Shown one piece after another: positions 45,676 to 54,580 of a stretch of 64,000 nucleotides of DNA. Position 1 is the stretch's first letter. Every line of letters begins with the position of its first letter. The DNA comes from an uncultured Nitrospinaceae bacterium (GTDB lineage Bacteria; UBA8248). The notes under the pieces are model-generated. The model was not told the DNA's origin, searched no databases, and saw nothing but the letters and a program-made list of their open reading frames with translations. The stretch spans positions 1 to 64,000 of the forward strand of contig CAXFSR010000016.1 in the NCBI GenBank assembly GCA_964005815.1, given 5' to 3'. A program made the translations under genes and the position numbers.

Positions 45676-46122
45676 TTAAATAGAATCTTCAATCTCTTTT
45701 AATTTGTCCAATCTTCTTTTGTGACGTCCACCTTCAAACTCGGTATCAAGCCAGATATGAATAATATCTCTTGCTTGTTCCAATTCTATTATTCTTTCAC
45801 CAAGGGCTAGAACATTAGAATCATTGTGCTTTCTACTCATCTCTGCTGCAAAAAGGCTATGACAGGCTACCGCACGAATACCTTTAAACTTATTCGCAAC
45901 TATTACCATTCCTGAGGATGAACCGCAGCACAAAATACCTTTTTCTGAATTACCAGTTGCAATTGCTTTCGAAACCAATGCTGCAAAATCTGGATAATCG
46001 CATGATTCTTCTGAAAAAGTACCATAATCCTCAAATAAAATATCTCTATGCATTAAAAATTTTTTTACGTATTCTTTGAGAATGAAACCTGCATGATCTG
46101 AACCAATTGCAATAGGTTTCAT
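45676..46122 (-). CDS. rpiB: Ribose-5-phosphate isomerase B
   Basis: GSDHAG, DYPD, ANK..GIRA, HND.NVL and FEGGRH. Confidence 0.95.
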   Translation of the reverse strand: MKPIAIGSDHAGFILKEYVKKFLMHRDILFEDYGTFSEESCDYPDFAALVSKAIATGNSEKGILCCGSSSGMVIVANKFKGIRAVACHSLFAAEMSRKHNDSNVLALGERIIELEQARDIIHIWLDTEFEGGRHKRRLDKLKEIEDSI

Positions 46123-46194
46123 AAATAACTTCTCTCCAATTATTACTTAAAGATTTTCGATAACAAAAAGACATTTTCAAAAATGAAAAATTAA

Positions 46195-46560
46195 TTACCT
46201 AAGTCTTTTCCGTTCCATTTCATTTTGTGCCTCTACTGTATACCTAGCATAAGGAAGCGCAATTAAACGTTTAAATGGAATTTCATCCTCTGTTTCTTCA
46301 CAAATTCCATAAGTACCATTTTCCATTCTTTCAAATGCATCTTGAACCTCTTTAAATCTCCCTCTTTCTCTTTCACCAAGATCCATTAAAACCTGCTTAA
46401 AATAAGAATCAGCTGCCTGATCAGCGATATCTTGTATTCCATCATCACCAGTATCTTTTCGGTGATTCATAGTATTCCTAACATCACCTAATATCTCATT
46501 CCTAACCTCATTCAAACGATCCTTCAAAATACTAATTTCTTTCTTTTTTAAGTGTTTCAT
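46195..46560 (-). CDS. dksA: DksA/TraR-family transcription factor, single-Cys form
   Basis: Coiled-coil tip DIADQA (DxxDxA) and GTYGICEET..EIP..RL.ALPYARYTVEAQ. Confidence 0.8.
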   Translation of the reverse strand: MKHLKKKEISILKDRLNEVRNEILGDVRNTMNHRKDTGDDGIQDIADQAADSYFKQVLMDLGERERGRFKEVQDAFERMENGTYGICEETEDEIPFKRLIALPYARYTVEAQNEMERKRLR

Positions 46561-46598
46561 ATTTAAACTCCTAAATCCTTGTAATGCAATCTAAAACA

Positions 46599-46931
46599 TT
46601 AATCTATAACGCAGGCATTAGACCAAAGCTTCTCTAATCTGTATGTTTCACGATATTCATCAATGAAAATATGAACCGCAATGTCACCACAATCAATTAA
46701 AACCCAATTAGACTCTGCAAGACCCTCTATAGAAAAAAAATTGATGCCAAAATCTGGCAATCTAATTTTAACTTCATCAGATATTGCTTTAACCTGTCTC
46801 CTACTTTTTCCATGACAAACTAAAAAAGCACTAACTTCCGAATCAATGCTTCTCAAATCAACAATTACAACTTCTTGTGCACCTTTCTCAAGAACGACAT
46901 CTTTGAGAGCTTTAAGTTGCGTTTCTAAAAT
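46599..46931 (-). CDS. rsfS: Ribosomal silencing factor RsfS (Iojap); proposed ATT start
   Basis: KGAQEVVIVDLR...S.RQVKAI...WVLIDCGDIAVHIF...R..Y.LEKLW. Homology extends upstream of the track's TTG 46856; ATT 46931 sits 6 nt after GGGGGA. Confidence 0.92.
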   Translation of the reverse strand: MLETQLKALKDVVLEKGAQEVVIVDLRSIDSEVSAFLVCHGKSRRQVKAISDEVKIRLPDFGINFFSIEGLAESNWVLIDCGDIAVHIFIDEYRETYRLEKLWSNACVID

Positions 46932-46946
46932 ATGTCTTCCCCCAGA

Positions 46947-47612
46947 CTATGAGTCTTTATATAACTTTTTATCAATTATAAAGCGTTCTACTGTTCGTGG
47001 CAACAAATAGCGAATAGAACGAGAATTTTGAATATTTTCCCTTATATCTGAAGAAGAAATATCTAATCTACGAATAGGGATGAATTCTATAAACATATTC
47101 GAATTTAGAATCCTACATCGGTTATCAAAAAGAAAATTAAAATCAAATCTAACTGACAAATCTTCAAATCTTTTTTTTAATTCCAACATAATTTCTTTGG
47201 CACTAGACATTTGTCTAATAGTAACTGCAAAATTAACTTTTTCCAAAACCTCTAAAGGATCTTTCCAAGTATGTAAATTCAAAAATGCATCTTCACCAAT
47301 AATGAAAAAGATTTCATCTCCCTTACAAGAAGTATTGGCAAGAATCCTAAGAGTATCAACAGTAAAAGAAAGGCCCTCCCTATCTAATTCTACAGAATCA
47401 GAACGAAAAAGAGGATGTCCTTCTATAGCCATTTCAACCATGTCTAATCGATCTACGGAACTTGCCATTAAAGGAGAAGATTTATGCGGAGGAGTTCCTG
47501 AAGGAACAAATATCACACGATCTAATTCAAGTTGAAAAGAGACGTCTTCTGCTGAACTTAAATGACCAAAATGTATGGGATCAAAAGTACCACCTTGTAT
47601 TCCAGTTCTCAA
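46947..47612 (-). CDS. nadD: Nicotinate-nucleotide adenylyltransferase
   Basis: GGTFDPIHFGH, PPHK, TVDTL, FIIG.D, W and ISSS.IR; TTG start. Confidence 0.96.
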   Translation of the reverse strand: MRTGIQGGTFDPIHFGHLSSAEDVSFQLELDRVIFVPSGTPPHKSSPLMASSVDRLDMVEMAIEGHPLFRSDSVELDREGLSFTVDTLRILANTSCKGDEIFFIIGEDAFLNLHTWKDPLEVLEKVNFAVTIRQMSSAKEIMLELKKRFEDLSVRFDFNFLFDNRCRILNSNMFIEFIPIRRLDISSSDIRENIQNSRSIRYLLPRTVERFIIDKKLYKDS

Positions 47613-47636
47613 AAAAAATCCTTTTAAAAGAAAAAA

Positions 47637-48773
47637 TTATTCAAAACCTAAAAAATTATTACGATGAATAATTTCATCGTAATCTTTACTACCAAGAATG
47701 CTATGAATTTCTCTAGTATGTTTTCCAGCAATAAGTTTGACTTCGTTGCAATTATAATTTGCCAAACCTTTTCCTAAAGACTTGCCTTCTATTGACTGAA
47801 GTTCTACAACATCACCAAACATAAAATTACCACCCGCATCAATAACTCCACTAGGAAGAAGACTGCGCCCTCTTTCAAGTAGAGCCTCCACGGCACCATT
47901 GTCAATTTTCAACCAGCCTCTAGACTTTGCAGTAGTTCCAATCCAACTTTTTCTAGCATTAATACGTTTCTTTTTGGGCACAAAAAAACTGCCTAGATCT
48001 TCACCTTCCAAAGCCCTTAAAATCACACTATCATTTCTTCCTTTTAACATAAGAGTAGATATCCCTATTTGGCTCAAAACTTTTATTGCACTTATCTTAG
48101 TAACCATCCCACCATGAGAAAATTGATTGTTACTTTTTCCAGTTACATCTATTAATTGCTCAGATACATTTTCAACTCTAGATAACAATTTAGCATTTTT
48201 ATCTAAATTAGGATTTGCACTATACATTCCCTCTACATCTGACAAAATCACAACTAGACCTGATTGGGTCATCTGTGCTACCTGGGTTGCCAAAGAATCA
48301 TTATCTCCAAATTTTATCTCCTCAGTAGAAACCGTGTCATTCTCATTTACAATAGGAATAATTTTTTTATGCAAAAGATTATCGATAGTATTACAAGCAT
48401 TCAGAAATCTTTTCCTTTCATCCAAATCAGAATGAGTTAGTAAGATTTGTGCAATATTAAGACCTAATCTATTAAATACTTTACTATAAGCGTCCATCAA
48501 GATCGGTTGTCCAACAGCAGCCGCTCCTTGCCTTTCAGGCATTGTTTTAGGATATTTCTTAACATTAAGATGTTTAAGACCTGCAGCAATCGCACCAGAT
48601 GATACAAGTACTATCTCACGACCTCTCTCAAGAAGGACAGAAATTTGATTAGCTATTGAAGAAAGAACTTCCAAGTTCAAACCAACCTCATCCGAAGCAG
48701 TAAGGACAGAACTACCAACTTTAATTACAAGACGCTTACTTTTCAAAGACGTTTCTTCTTTTCTAGCAATCAT
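47637..48773 (-). CDS. proB: Glutamate 5-kinase with PUA domain
   Basis: VIKVGSS, VSSGAIAAG, AAAVGQ, NENDTV, FGDND, GGM.TK and SLLPSG. Confidence 0.97.
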   Translation of the reverse strand: MIARKEETSLKSKRLVIKVGSSVLTASDEVGLNLEVLSSIANQISVLLERGREIVLVSSGAIAAGLKHLNVKKYPKTMPERQGAAAVGQPILMDAYSKVFNRLGLNIAQILLTHSDLDERKRFLNACNTIDNLLHKKIIPIVNENDTVSTEEIKFGDNDSLATQVAQMTQSGLVVILSDVEGMYSANPNLDKNAKLLSRVENVSEQLIDVTGKSNNQFSHGGMVTKISAIKVLSQIGISTLMLKGRNDSVILRALEGEDLGSFFVPKKKRINARKSWIGTTAKSRGWLKIDNGAVEALLERGRSLLPSGVIDAGGNFMFGDVVELQSIEGKSLGKGLANYNCNEVKLIAGKHTREIHSILGSKDYDEIIHRNNFLGFE

Positions 48774-48812
48774 AAAAAATTCCTCGGAAACAGAAATAAA
48801 TATAAAAAGTTT

Positions 48813-49808
48813 TCAACCTTCTCTGACTTCTTTGGAAATCATAAATAAAAGTTCTTTTAATCCAATCTTAGAAACAGAAGATATTCCTATTGAATCAAAA
48901 CCTCTTTTCTTTAAACCTTCTTGCAAAACTAAAATCTTATCCTCATTTCCAATTGCATCAATTTTTGTCAAAAGACAAATTCTCTTTTTGGAGATTAAAT
49001 CCCTTGAAAACAATTCAAGTTCTCTTGAAATAGTTTCAAAATCTTCCAAAACTTTTTCAACTAGATTACTAGCATCAAGAAGATGTAGGAGCAGAGTACA
49101 TCTCTCAATATGCCTAAGAAATTGGTGTCCCAATCCCTTGCCGCTGTGTGCTCCTAAAATAAGCCCCGGAATATCTGCAACAACACAGGAGACATCTTCG
49201 CCTAAATCAACAACTCCTAAATTAGGTTCAATAGTTGTAAAAGGATAATCAGCTATTTTCGGCCGACTTTTTGAAATCGTCGAAATTAGCGTTGATTTTC
49301 CAGCATTAGGCTTTCCAATCAGACCAACATCTGCAAGGAGTTTAATTTCTAAATCAATCGAAAATCCTTCTCCTGATTTCCCCCTTGTAATTTTTCTTGG
49401 TGTTCTATTTGTGGAACTTTTAAAATGATCATTACCTAATCCACCTCGTCCTCCCTTTGCAACTATAAATTCTTGACCTTCCTCTTCAAAATCATAAATC
49501 ACATTTTCATCTATTGTATCTTTAATAATTGTTCCCACAGGAACGAAAACATGTAAATCATCTCCATTAGCACCATGTTTAAGACTTGACATACCTGCAC
49601 CTCCATTAGGAGCTTTCAGTACAGTTCGATTTCGAAGGTGATAAAGTGTGTTATAAGATGAATCAGATGTGAAAATTACATGGCCACCCCTGCCGCCATC
49701 TCCTCCGTCAGGACCACCCTTAGGTATGAATTTCTCTCTACGGAAACTCAAGCAGCCGTCTCCACCTTTTCCTGCTTCAACTAATAGCCTAGCCGTATCA
49801 ATAAACAT
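48813..49808 (-). CDS. obgE: GTPase ObgE/CgtA
   Basis: FRREKFIPKGGPDGGDGG, GKPNAGKST, YPFTT, DIPG and TKID. Confidence 0.98.
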   Translation of the reverse strand: MFIDTARLLVEAGKGGDGCLSFRREKFIPKGGPDGGDGGRGGHVIFTSDSSYNTLYHLRNRTVLKAPNGGAGMSSLKHGANGDDLHVFVPVGTIIKDTIDENVIYDFEEEGQEFIVAKGGRGGLGNDHFKSSTNRTPRKITRGKSGEGFSIDLEIKLLADVGLIGKPNAGKSTLISTISKSRPKIADYPFTTIEPNLGVVDLGEDVSCVVADIPGLILGAHSGKGLGHQFLRHIERCTLLLHLLDASNLVEKVLEDFETISRELELFSRDLISKKRICLLTKIDAIGNEDKILVLQEGLKKRGFDSIGISSVSKIGLKELLFMISKEVREG

Positions 49809-49832
49809 GAAATGACCAGAAAGGGCAAAAGG

Positions 49833-50087
49833 TTAAGAGGGGACAACACTTACAAAACGTCTACCTTTAGTCTTTGTCTCAAACTTAAGATTCCCATTTA
49901 CTTTTGCAAATAATGTATGATCATTACCAAGACCTACATTATTGCCAGGATGAAAACGAGTACCTCTCTGACGAACAATAATTGTACCTGCATTAACAAA
50001 TTCTCCGCCAAAACGTTTTACTCCTAGTCTTCTTCCAGCAGAATCTCTTCCGTTTGAAGAACTACCACCAGCTTTTTTATGTGCCAC
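49833..50087 (-). CDS. rpmA: 50S ribosomal protein L27
   Basis: [15 protein letters not shown] and RQRGT; GTG start. Confidence 0.98.
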   Translation of the reverse strand: MAHKKAGGSSSNGRDSAGRRLGVKRFGGEFVNAGTIIVRQRGTRFHPGNNVGLGNDHTLFAKVNGNLKFETKTKGRRFVSVVPS

Positions 50088-50412
50088 TTTTTACCCCTTT
50101 AGGAGGAACAAGTCCAGTAACCTTAATTTGCGTATAATGCTGACGATGACCACGTTTTATTCTTAATTTTTTACGCCTCTTAAACCTGAAAGAATAAATT
50201 TTACGAAGTCTTCCATGATTTTCTATGACTGCATTAGCCATACTACCAGAAAGAGAACTCTTGTCAGCAACCACAACATCGCCATCAACAAAAAGTTTAA
50301 CATTATCTAGTTTGATCGAATCACCTAAAGAACCTTCAATTCGTTCAACCGTAAGAACATCTCCCTCTGAAACTTTTATCTGCTTACCACCTGTCTCAAC
50401 GACCATATACAC
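50077..50412 (-). CDS. rplU: 50S ribosomal protein L21
   Basis: [12 protein letters not shown] and GHRQ.YT; GTG start. Confidence 0.97.
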   Translation of the reverse strand: MYMVVETGGKQIKVSEGDVLTVERIEGSLGDSIKLDNVKLFVDGDVVVADKSSLSGSMANAVIENHGRLRKIYSFRFKRRKKLRIKRGHRQHYTQIKVTGLVPPKGVKSGT

Positions 50413-50534
50413 TTTAGAACCCCTAAATTACAACAAAAAAAACAAACCTATCATATACTTAACAAACAAACTTGCAAAGACCGCCTATCTACCAATAAAA
50501 AGATGATTTTGTCAATTTATTTAGTAGAAAAAAT

Positions 50535-50951
50535 CTATTTTCTACTAAATAAATTAAAAATTACTCTTGTTTCATTATAGTCAACCTTTCTTCTAGCAGG
50601 CAAAAAACCTTTCTTTTCGACAAAAACAGAAAAACCCCTCACAAAATCGAAAAGATTACTTTTAAATTCTAAAGTTATCGGAGTTACACCCTGCAAAACA
50701 TCATTGACGTACACTTTTGCACCTGGAGGATTCGATATTACCGTGATTTTCTTCGTAAAAACATTCTTAATAGGTTTAAGAATCTGTGACTTCATGGATT
50801 TCTTTTTACTTTTTTTCAAAGAAATATTTTTTGCACAAGAAACTGTCAGCGAAAAAAGAACAACTAAAATCAAAGAAAAAGCAACAAACTTTAATCTATC
50901 AACTTTCTTTAAAGAGAAAATCATCTTGTATAAATCAGTCGTCTTCATCAA
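50535..50951 (-). CDS. PEGA-domain putative lipoprotein
   Basis: Hydrophobic signal ending TVSC; SNPPGAKVYVND..QGVTP...V.KKGF PEGA motif. Start uncertain. Confidence 0.7.
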   Translation of the reverse strand: MMKTTDLYKMIFSLKKVDRLKFVAFSLILVVLFSLTVSCAKNISLKKSKKKSMKSQILKPIKNVFTKKITVISNPPGAKVYVNDVLQGVTPITLEFKSNLFDFVRGFSVFVEKKGFLPARRKVDYNETRVIFNLFSRK

Positions 50952-51849
50952 CTCCAGCCCACTCTTCTATAAGTTCAAGTAATTGTGTTTGATCAGAATT
51001 TGCGCCAAATTTTGATACGCCCAGACCGTATACCTGCCTTACATGGTTCATGATAAAAAATGTTGCGCCAAGTTCTCGGGCTAGATCACTGCCCATTGTT
51101 AAATCTTTATACATCAAACCTGTACTAAAACCACAGTTAAAATCTCTAGGAAGTAAGAATCGAGGCCACTTGTCTTTAGTAGCTGCATTTAATCCTGAAC
51201 CACTATTAATAATACTCAAAGTTTTCTCAGGGTCTAAACCAAGCTTCGCAGACAAAGACATAGCTTCCATAGAAGCAACAAGATTAGTCGCTGAAAGAAA
51301 ATTATTTACACACTTTATAGCATGACCAGAATCAACTGATTCTCCTGCATGAACAATATTCTTTCCTAAAACCTCAAAAATCGGCATACAAGCGTCTACT
51401 AAATCTTTAGGCCCACCGGGCATTATTGCTAAAGTAGCATTTACAGCCCCTATAACACCTCCCGAAACTGGTGCTCCTAAAAAACGGAATCCAAGTTCTT
51501 CAAGTTTATCTCCTAACAACTTAGTACGAGGAGGATATGAAGAACTCATATCAATAATAACTTTTCCTTTTTCAAGGCTTTCCGTCAGACCTTCTTGATC
51601 AAGAATAACAAATTCAACGTCATCACTACTTGGCAACATTGTAATCAATATGTCACTACTACTAGCTATATCCTTTAGGGTATCTGCAACTTTTACTCCA
51701 TCTGACTCAAGTGCTTGTACGTTCTCTTTTTTTACATCATAGCCATAAACAGTATATCCGGCACTCACCAAATTTTTAGACATAGGTGTACCCATTTTTC
51801 CAATACCAACAATTCCTACTACCGTTTTTTCAGGAATATAAGATTCCAC
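50935..51849 (-). CDS. NAD(P)-dependent beta-hydroxyacid dehydrogenase (MmsB/GarR family)
   Basis: GIVGIGKMG.PM, IDMSS, APVSGG, G...K..NN and F...LM.KDL. Confidence 0.9.
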   Translation of the reverse strand: MESYIPEKTVVGIVGIGKMGTPMSKNLVSAGYTVYGYDVKKENVQALESDGVKVADTLKDIASSSDILITMLPSSDDVEFVILDQEGLTESLEKGKVIIDMSSSYPPRTKLLGDKLEELGFRFLGAPVSGGVIGAVNATLAIMPGGPKDLVDACMPIFEVLGKNIVHAGESVDSGHAIKCVNNFLSATNLVASMEAMSLSAKLGLDPEKTLSIINSGSGLNAATKDKWPRFLLPRDFNCGFSTGLMYKDLTMGSDLARELGATFFIMNHVRQVYGLGVSKFGANSDQTQLLELIEEWAGVDEDD

Positions 51850-51996
51850 AGCTCCCCCTTATCGAAAAAGGTTATAATCATCTAAAGTTTTTTAATAAAG
51901 AACATCTTTGATTTTAACAAAAAAAAAATTAGAGTAAAATATCGTTTTGGTTACTCGTTTTTTTTATATTTTTAATTTACTGAGAGAAAAAATCTT

Positions 51997-52707
51997 ATGC
52001 AATCAATTTCACCAGAAGATATTGTTAAATTCTTAGAGGAAAATCCAGGTTTTTTTCTTGAATATCCAGAGCAACTAAAAAAAAGTGGATTAATGGAAGA
52101 TCATAATATTTCTTCTAAAATACTCAATATTCGCAATAGACTCTTTGAAAAAATGAGAGAAGACAGACAAAATCTTCTAAACGCTTTAGAAGATTCTATT
52201 AAAACAGTTAGAAATAATGAAAAAATTGAAGACGATTTTGATATGCTCGAAAACTTACTATTTGAAAATATTCCGTCTATTCAATCTTTGATTAAACTTG
52301 CAAATGCAACAGAATCAAAATTCAGTTTAGGATTCGTTGGCTTTACCCTTTGTACAACCGCAAAAAAAGAAAAGATTGACAAACTAAATAATCAAATCGG
52401 CAACAACCCAAAATTGAGATATATATCGAAGGAAGAAAGAAAAAAATATCCAAATGGAAATAAAACTAGCCTTTTTGAGAAGCTTGAAAATCCTAAACAT
52501 GTATTTCCAGACATAACAAAAAAGATCAATTCTGCCGCAATCGTACCCCTAAAAGACAAAAGACGACTTCTCGGATTCTTTCTCCTAGGGGCAGAAAAAA
52601 CTGGACATTATTATGAAGGTATGAATACAGACCTACTTGAAAAACTAAGCAATAGCGTTTCAATAGCTATAAAACTAATGCGACTATACGAAAAAAATCA
52701 ATCCTGA
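51997..52707 (+). CDS. DUF484 (YigA-like) protein with GAF-like C-terminus
   Basis: N-terminal V.FL.ENP.FF..YP, a coiled coil, SAAIVPL, G...LG and Y..GM.TD.L. Confidence 0.7.
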   Translation: MQSISPEDIVKFLEENPGFFLEYPEQLKKSGLMEDHNISSKILNIRNRLFEKMREDRQNLLNALEDSIKTVRNNEKIEDDFDMLENLLFENIPSIQSLIKLANATESKFSLGFVGFTLCTTAKKEKIDKLNNQIGNNPKLRYISKEERKKYPNGNKTSLFEKLENPKHVFPDITKKINSAAIVPLKDKRRLLGFFLLGAEKTGHYYEGMNTDLLEKLSNSVSIAIKLMRLYEKNQS

Positions 52708-54077
52708 AACGAGCAAAGATCCACAAATTCAGAAATACTTTCGAGTCTTTCTAAATTTCTCACGTTTTCTACAATTTGAACACTCTTTTCTTTGTTGATA
52801 ACGTTACTGGTCATAAGATGAAAACGTTCTATTAGTTCATCCCACGTGAGAGGGTTCTTTGGATCTCCTTTGGGATAAGATTGATGGATTTCAAAACTAT
52901 CATTTTTCGTAGTAATTTTCACATTAGCTTGCCATTTTTCAGGAAATTCTTTATCCATTTCTATATCACCAAAACAGTAAATTTTCTGAATTAAAGAATC
53001 AAAATCTCTTGAAGATATATACTCATCAGAATATTCTTGAAGTCCTGCAGCTCTTTTTAAGATTGAAACTGCAACAGCGTAATGAAGACTAAATTGCGCA
53101 TCAACTATATTCTCAGGATTTCTCTTTTTATCTTCAGGATTAATTACGAGTAATTCGCTTGTCTTTGGAACACGTACTTCTACTTTTTCAATATCTTCCG
53201 CATTGAGATCGTTTTCTTTACATAAAGTAATTGTCGCATCCACACTAGCATGATTAAATCTGCAACAAGCATAAGGCTTGATTGCTGTCTCACATATCTC
53301 CCAATAGTCACCAATCTTTTCTGTAAGATACTCTGGATTTGCATCATCGCTATAAGCAGAAAAAAAACCACTTTCTCCACCTAAAATGTCTGAAGGACCT
53401 ATAAAACCATTTTCTGCCATATACGCAGCGTATATTCCACTATGAGCAGACCATCCTGGATGGAATCTCTTTGTCCATGCACCATTATCTAAATATTGCA
53501 TTGAACCAGATGCTTGACTTCCAGCAATTGCAAGTGTATTTGCCATCGTATTAAGGGATTGTCCTAAAAGTTTTGATGCTACAATAGAAGATGCAAACGT
53601 CCCACAAGTAGCCGTGGGATGAAAACCCCTTGCATAATGACTTTTCGCGTTAACTGCATTTCCTATTCTATTAGTTACTTCATAGCCAGTTACAATAGCT
53701 TCAATCAAACGCTTAGGATCAGGACAATGAACTTCGCTGATTGCAAGAGCACTAGGCATAACACTAACACCAGGATGCAAGCTAGACCTAGTTGTGACAT
53801 CATCCATCTCTATAGCATGCGCAATCCCACCATTAACAAGCGCAGCATCGGCAGGCACAGTTTTCAATGGAGAACCTATAATAGTACAAGGTCCATCATG
53901 TTTTGCATTATTTTTAATAAAATTATAAAGAACCTGGGAACTATCCGCCTTAGTACCACATATAGAAACTCCAAGAAAATCTAGCAGAAAGTACTTAGCC
54001 CGATCATGTGCTTCTTCTGATAAATCTTCATAACTAATTCCGTGAAGATATTCTACGAACTCCTTACTTATGTTCAT
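52698..54077 (-). CDS. MmgE/PrpD-family protein
   Basis: AALVNG..AH..EMDD, HPG, GYE, GFHPT, KRFHPG, K.Y.CC...H, AQFS and PKGDP.NP. ATG 54077. Confidence 0.93.
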   Translation of the reverse strand: MNISKEFVEYLHGISYEDLSEEAHDRAKYFLLDFLGVSICGTKADSSQVLYNFIKNNAKHDGPCTIIGSPLKTVPADAALVNGGIAHAIEMDDVTTRSSLHPGVSVMPSALAISEVHCPDPKRLIEAIVTGYEVTNRIGNAVNAKSHYARGFHPTATCGTFASSIVASKLLGQSLNTMANTLAIAGSQASGSMQYLDNGAWTKRFHPGWSAHSGIYAAYMAENGFIGPSDILGGESGFFSAYSDDANPEYLTEKIGDYWEICETAIKPYACCRFNHASVDATITLCKENDLNAEDIEKVEVRVPKTSELLVINPEDKKRNPENIVDAQFSLHYAVAVSILKRAAGLQEYSDEYISSRDFDSLIQKIYCFGDIEMDKEFPEKWQANVKITTKNDSFEIHQSYPKGDPKNPLTWDELIERFHLMTSNVINKEKSVQIVENVRNLERLESISEFVDLCSFQD

Positions 54078-54128
54078 AATAAGAACCCCAATCAATATTA
54101 TTAATTTATAAAATTAAATTAATAATTT

Positions 54129-54176
54129 ATTATACATCTCCAAAGACTTGTCACAAAAGAATACTGAGTTTACCAT
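54129..54176. promoter_or_regulatory. Overlapping divergent promoters (HIT gene on +, MmgE/PrpD gene on -)
   Basis: Plus strand: TTGTCA (54148-54153), N17, TACCAT (54171-54176). Minus strand: TATAAT at 54134-54129. Confidence 0.45.
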
Positions 54177-54227
54177 CTCATTTAAAAATAATATTTCAAA
54201 AAAATCAAATAAAAAGGGTTTCTGAAA

Positions 54228-54569
54228 TTGGATTGCATTTTCTGTAAAATTATCAGTGGGGATATTCCTTCAAAAAAAATCTATGAAGATGAATTTGTTT
54301 ATGCTTTTGAGGATATTGAAAGGGCATCCCCGATCCATGCACTTATTATTCCTAAAAAACATTTTGAAACTATGCTTGATATCAAAGAAAAAGATGCAAA
54401 TTTAATCGGTTCTGTTTTCATGGCTGCAAATAAAATTGCACGCAAACTTAATTTTGACAAGAAAGGTTTTAGAATAGTAACTAATTGCAAAGAAGATGGA
54501 GGACAAACTGTCTTTCACGTCCATTTTCATCTTTTAGCTGGCAGAAAAATGTTATGGCCACCAGGTTAA
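54228..54569 (+). CDS. hinT: Histidine triad nucleotide-binding protein (HinT)
   Basis: DCIFCKI, GQTVFHVHFHLL and WPPG; TTG start. Confidence 0.93.
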   Translation: MDCIFCKIISGDIPSKKIYEDEFVYAFEDIERASPIHALIIPKKHFETMLDIKEKDANLIGSVFMAANKIARKLNFDKKGFRIVTNCKEDGGQTVFHVHFHLLAGRKMLWPPG

Positions 54570-54580
54570 ATCATTGTTAA

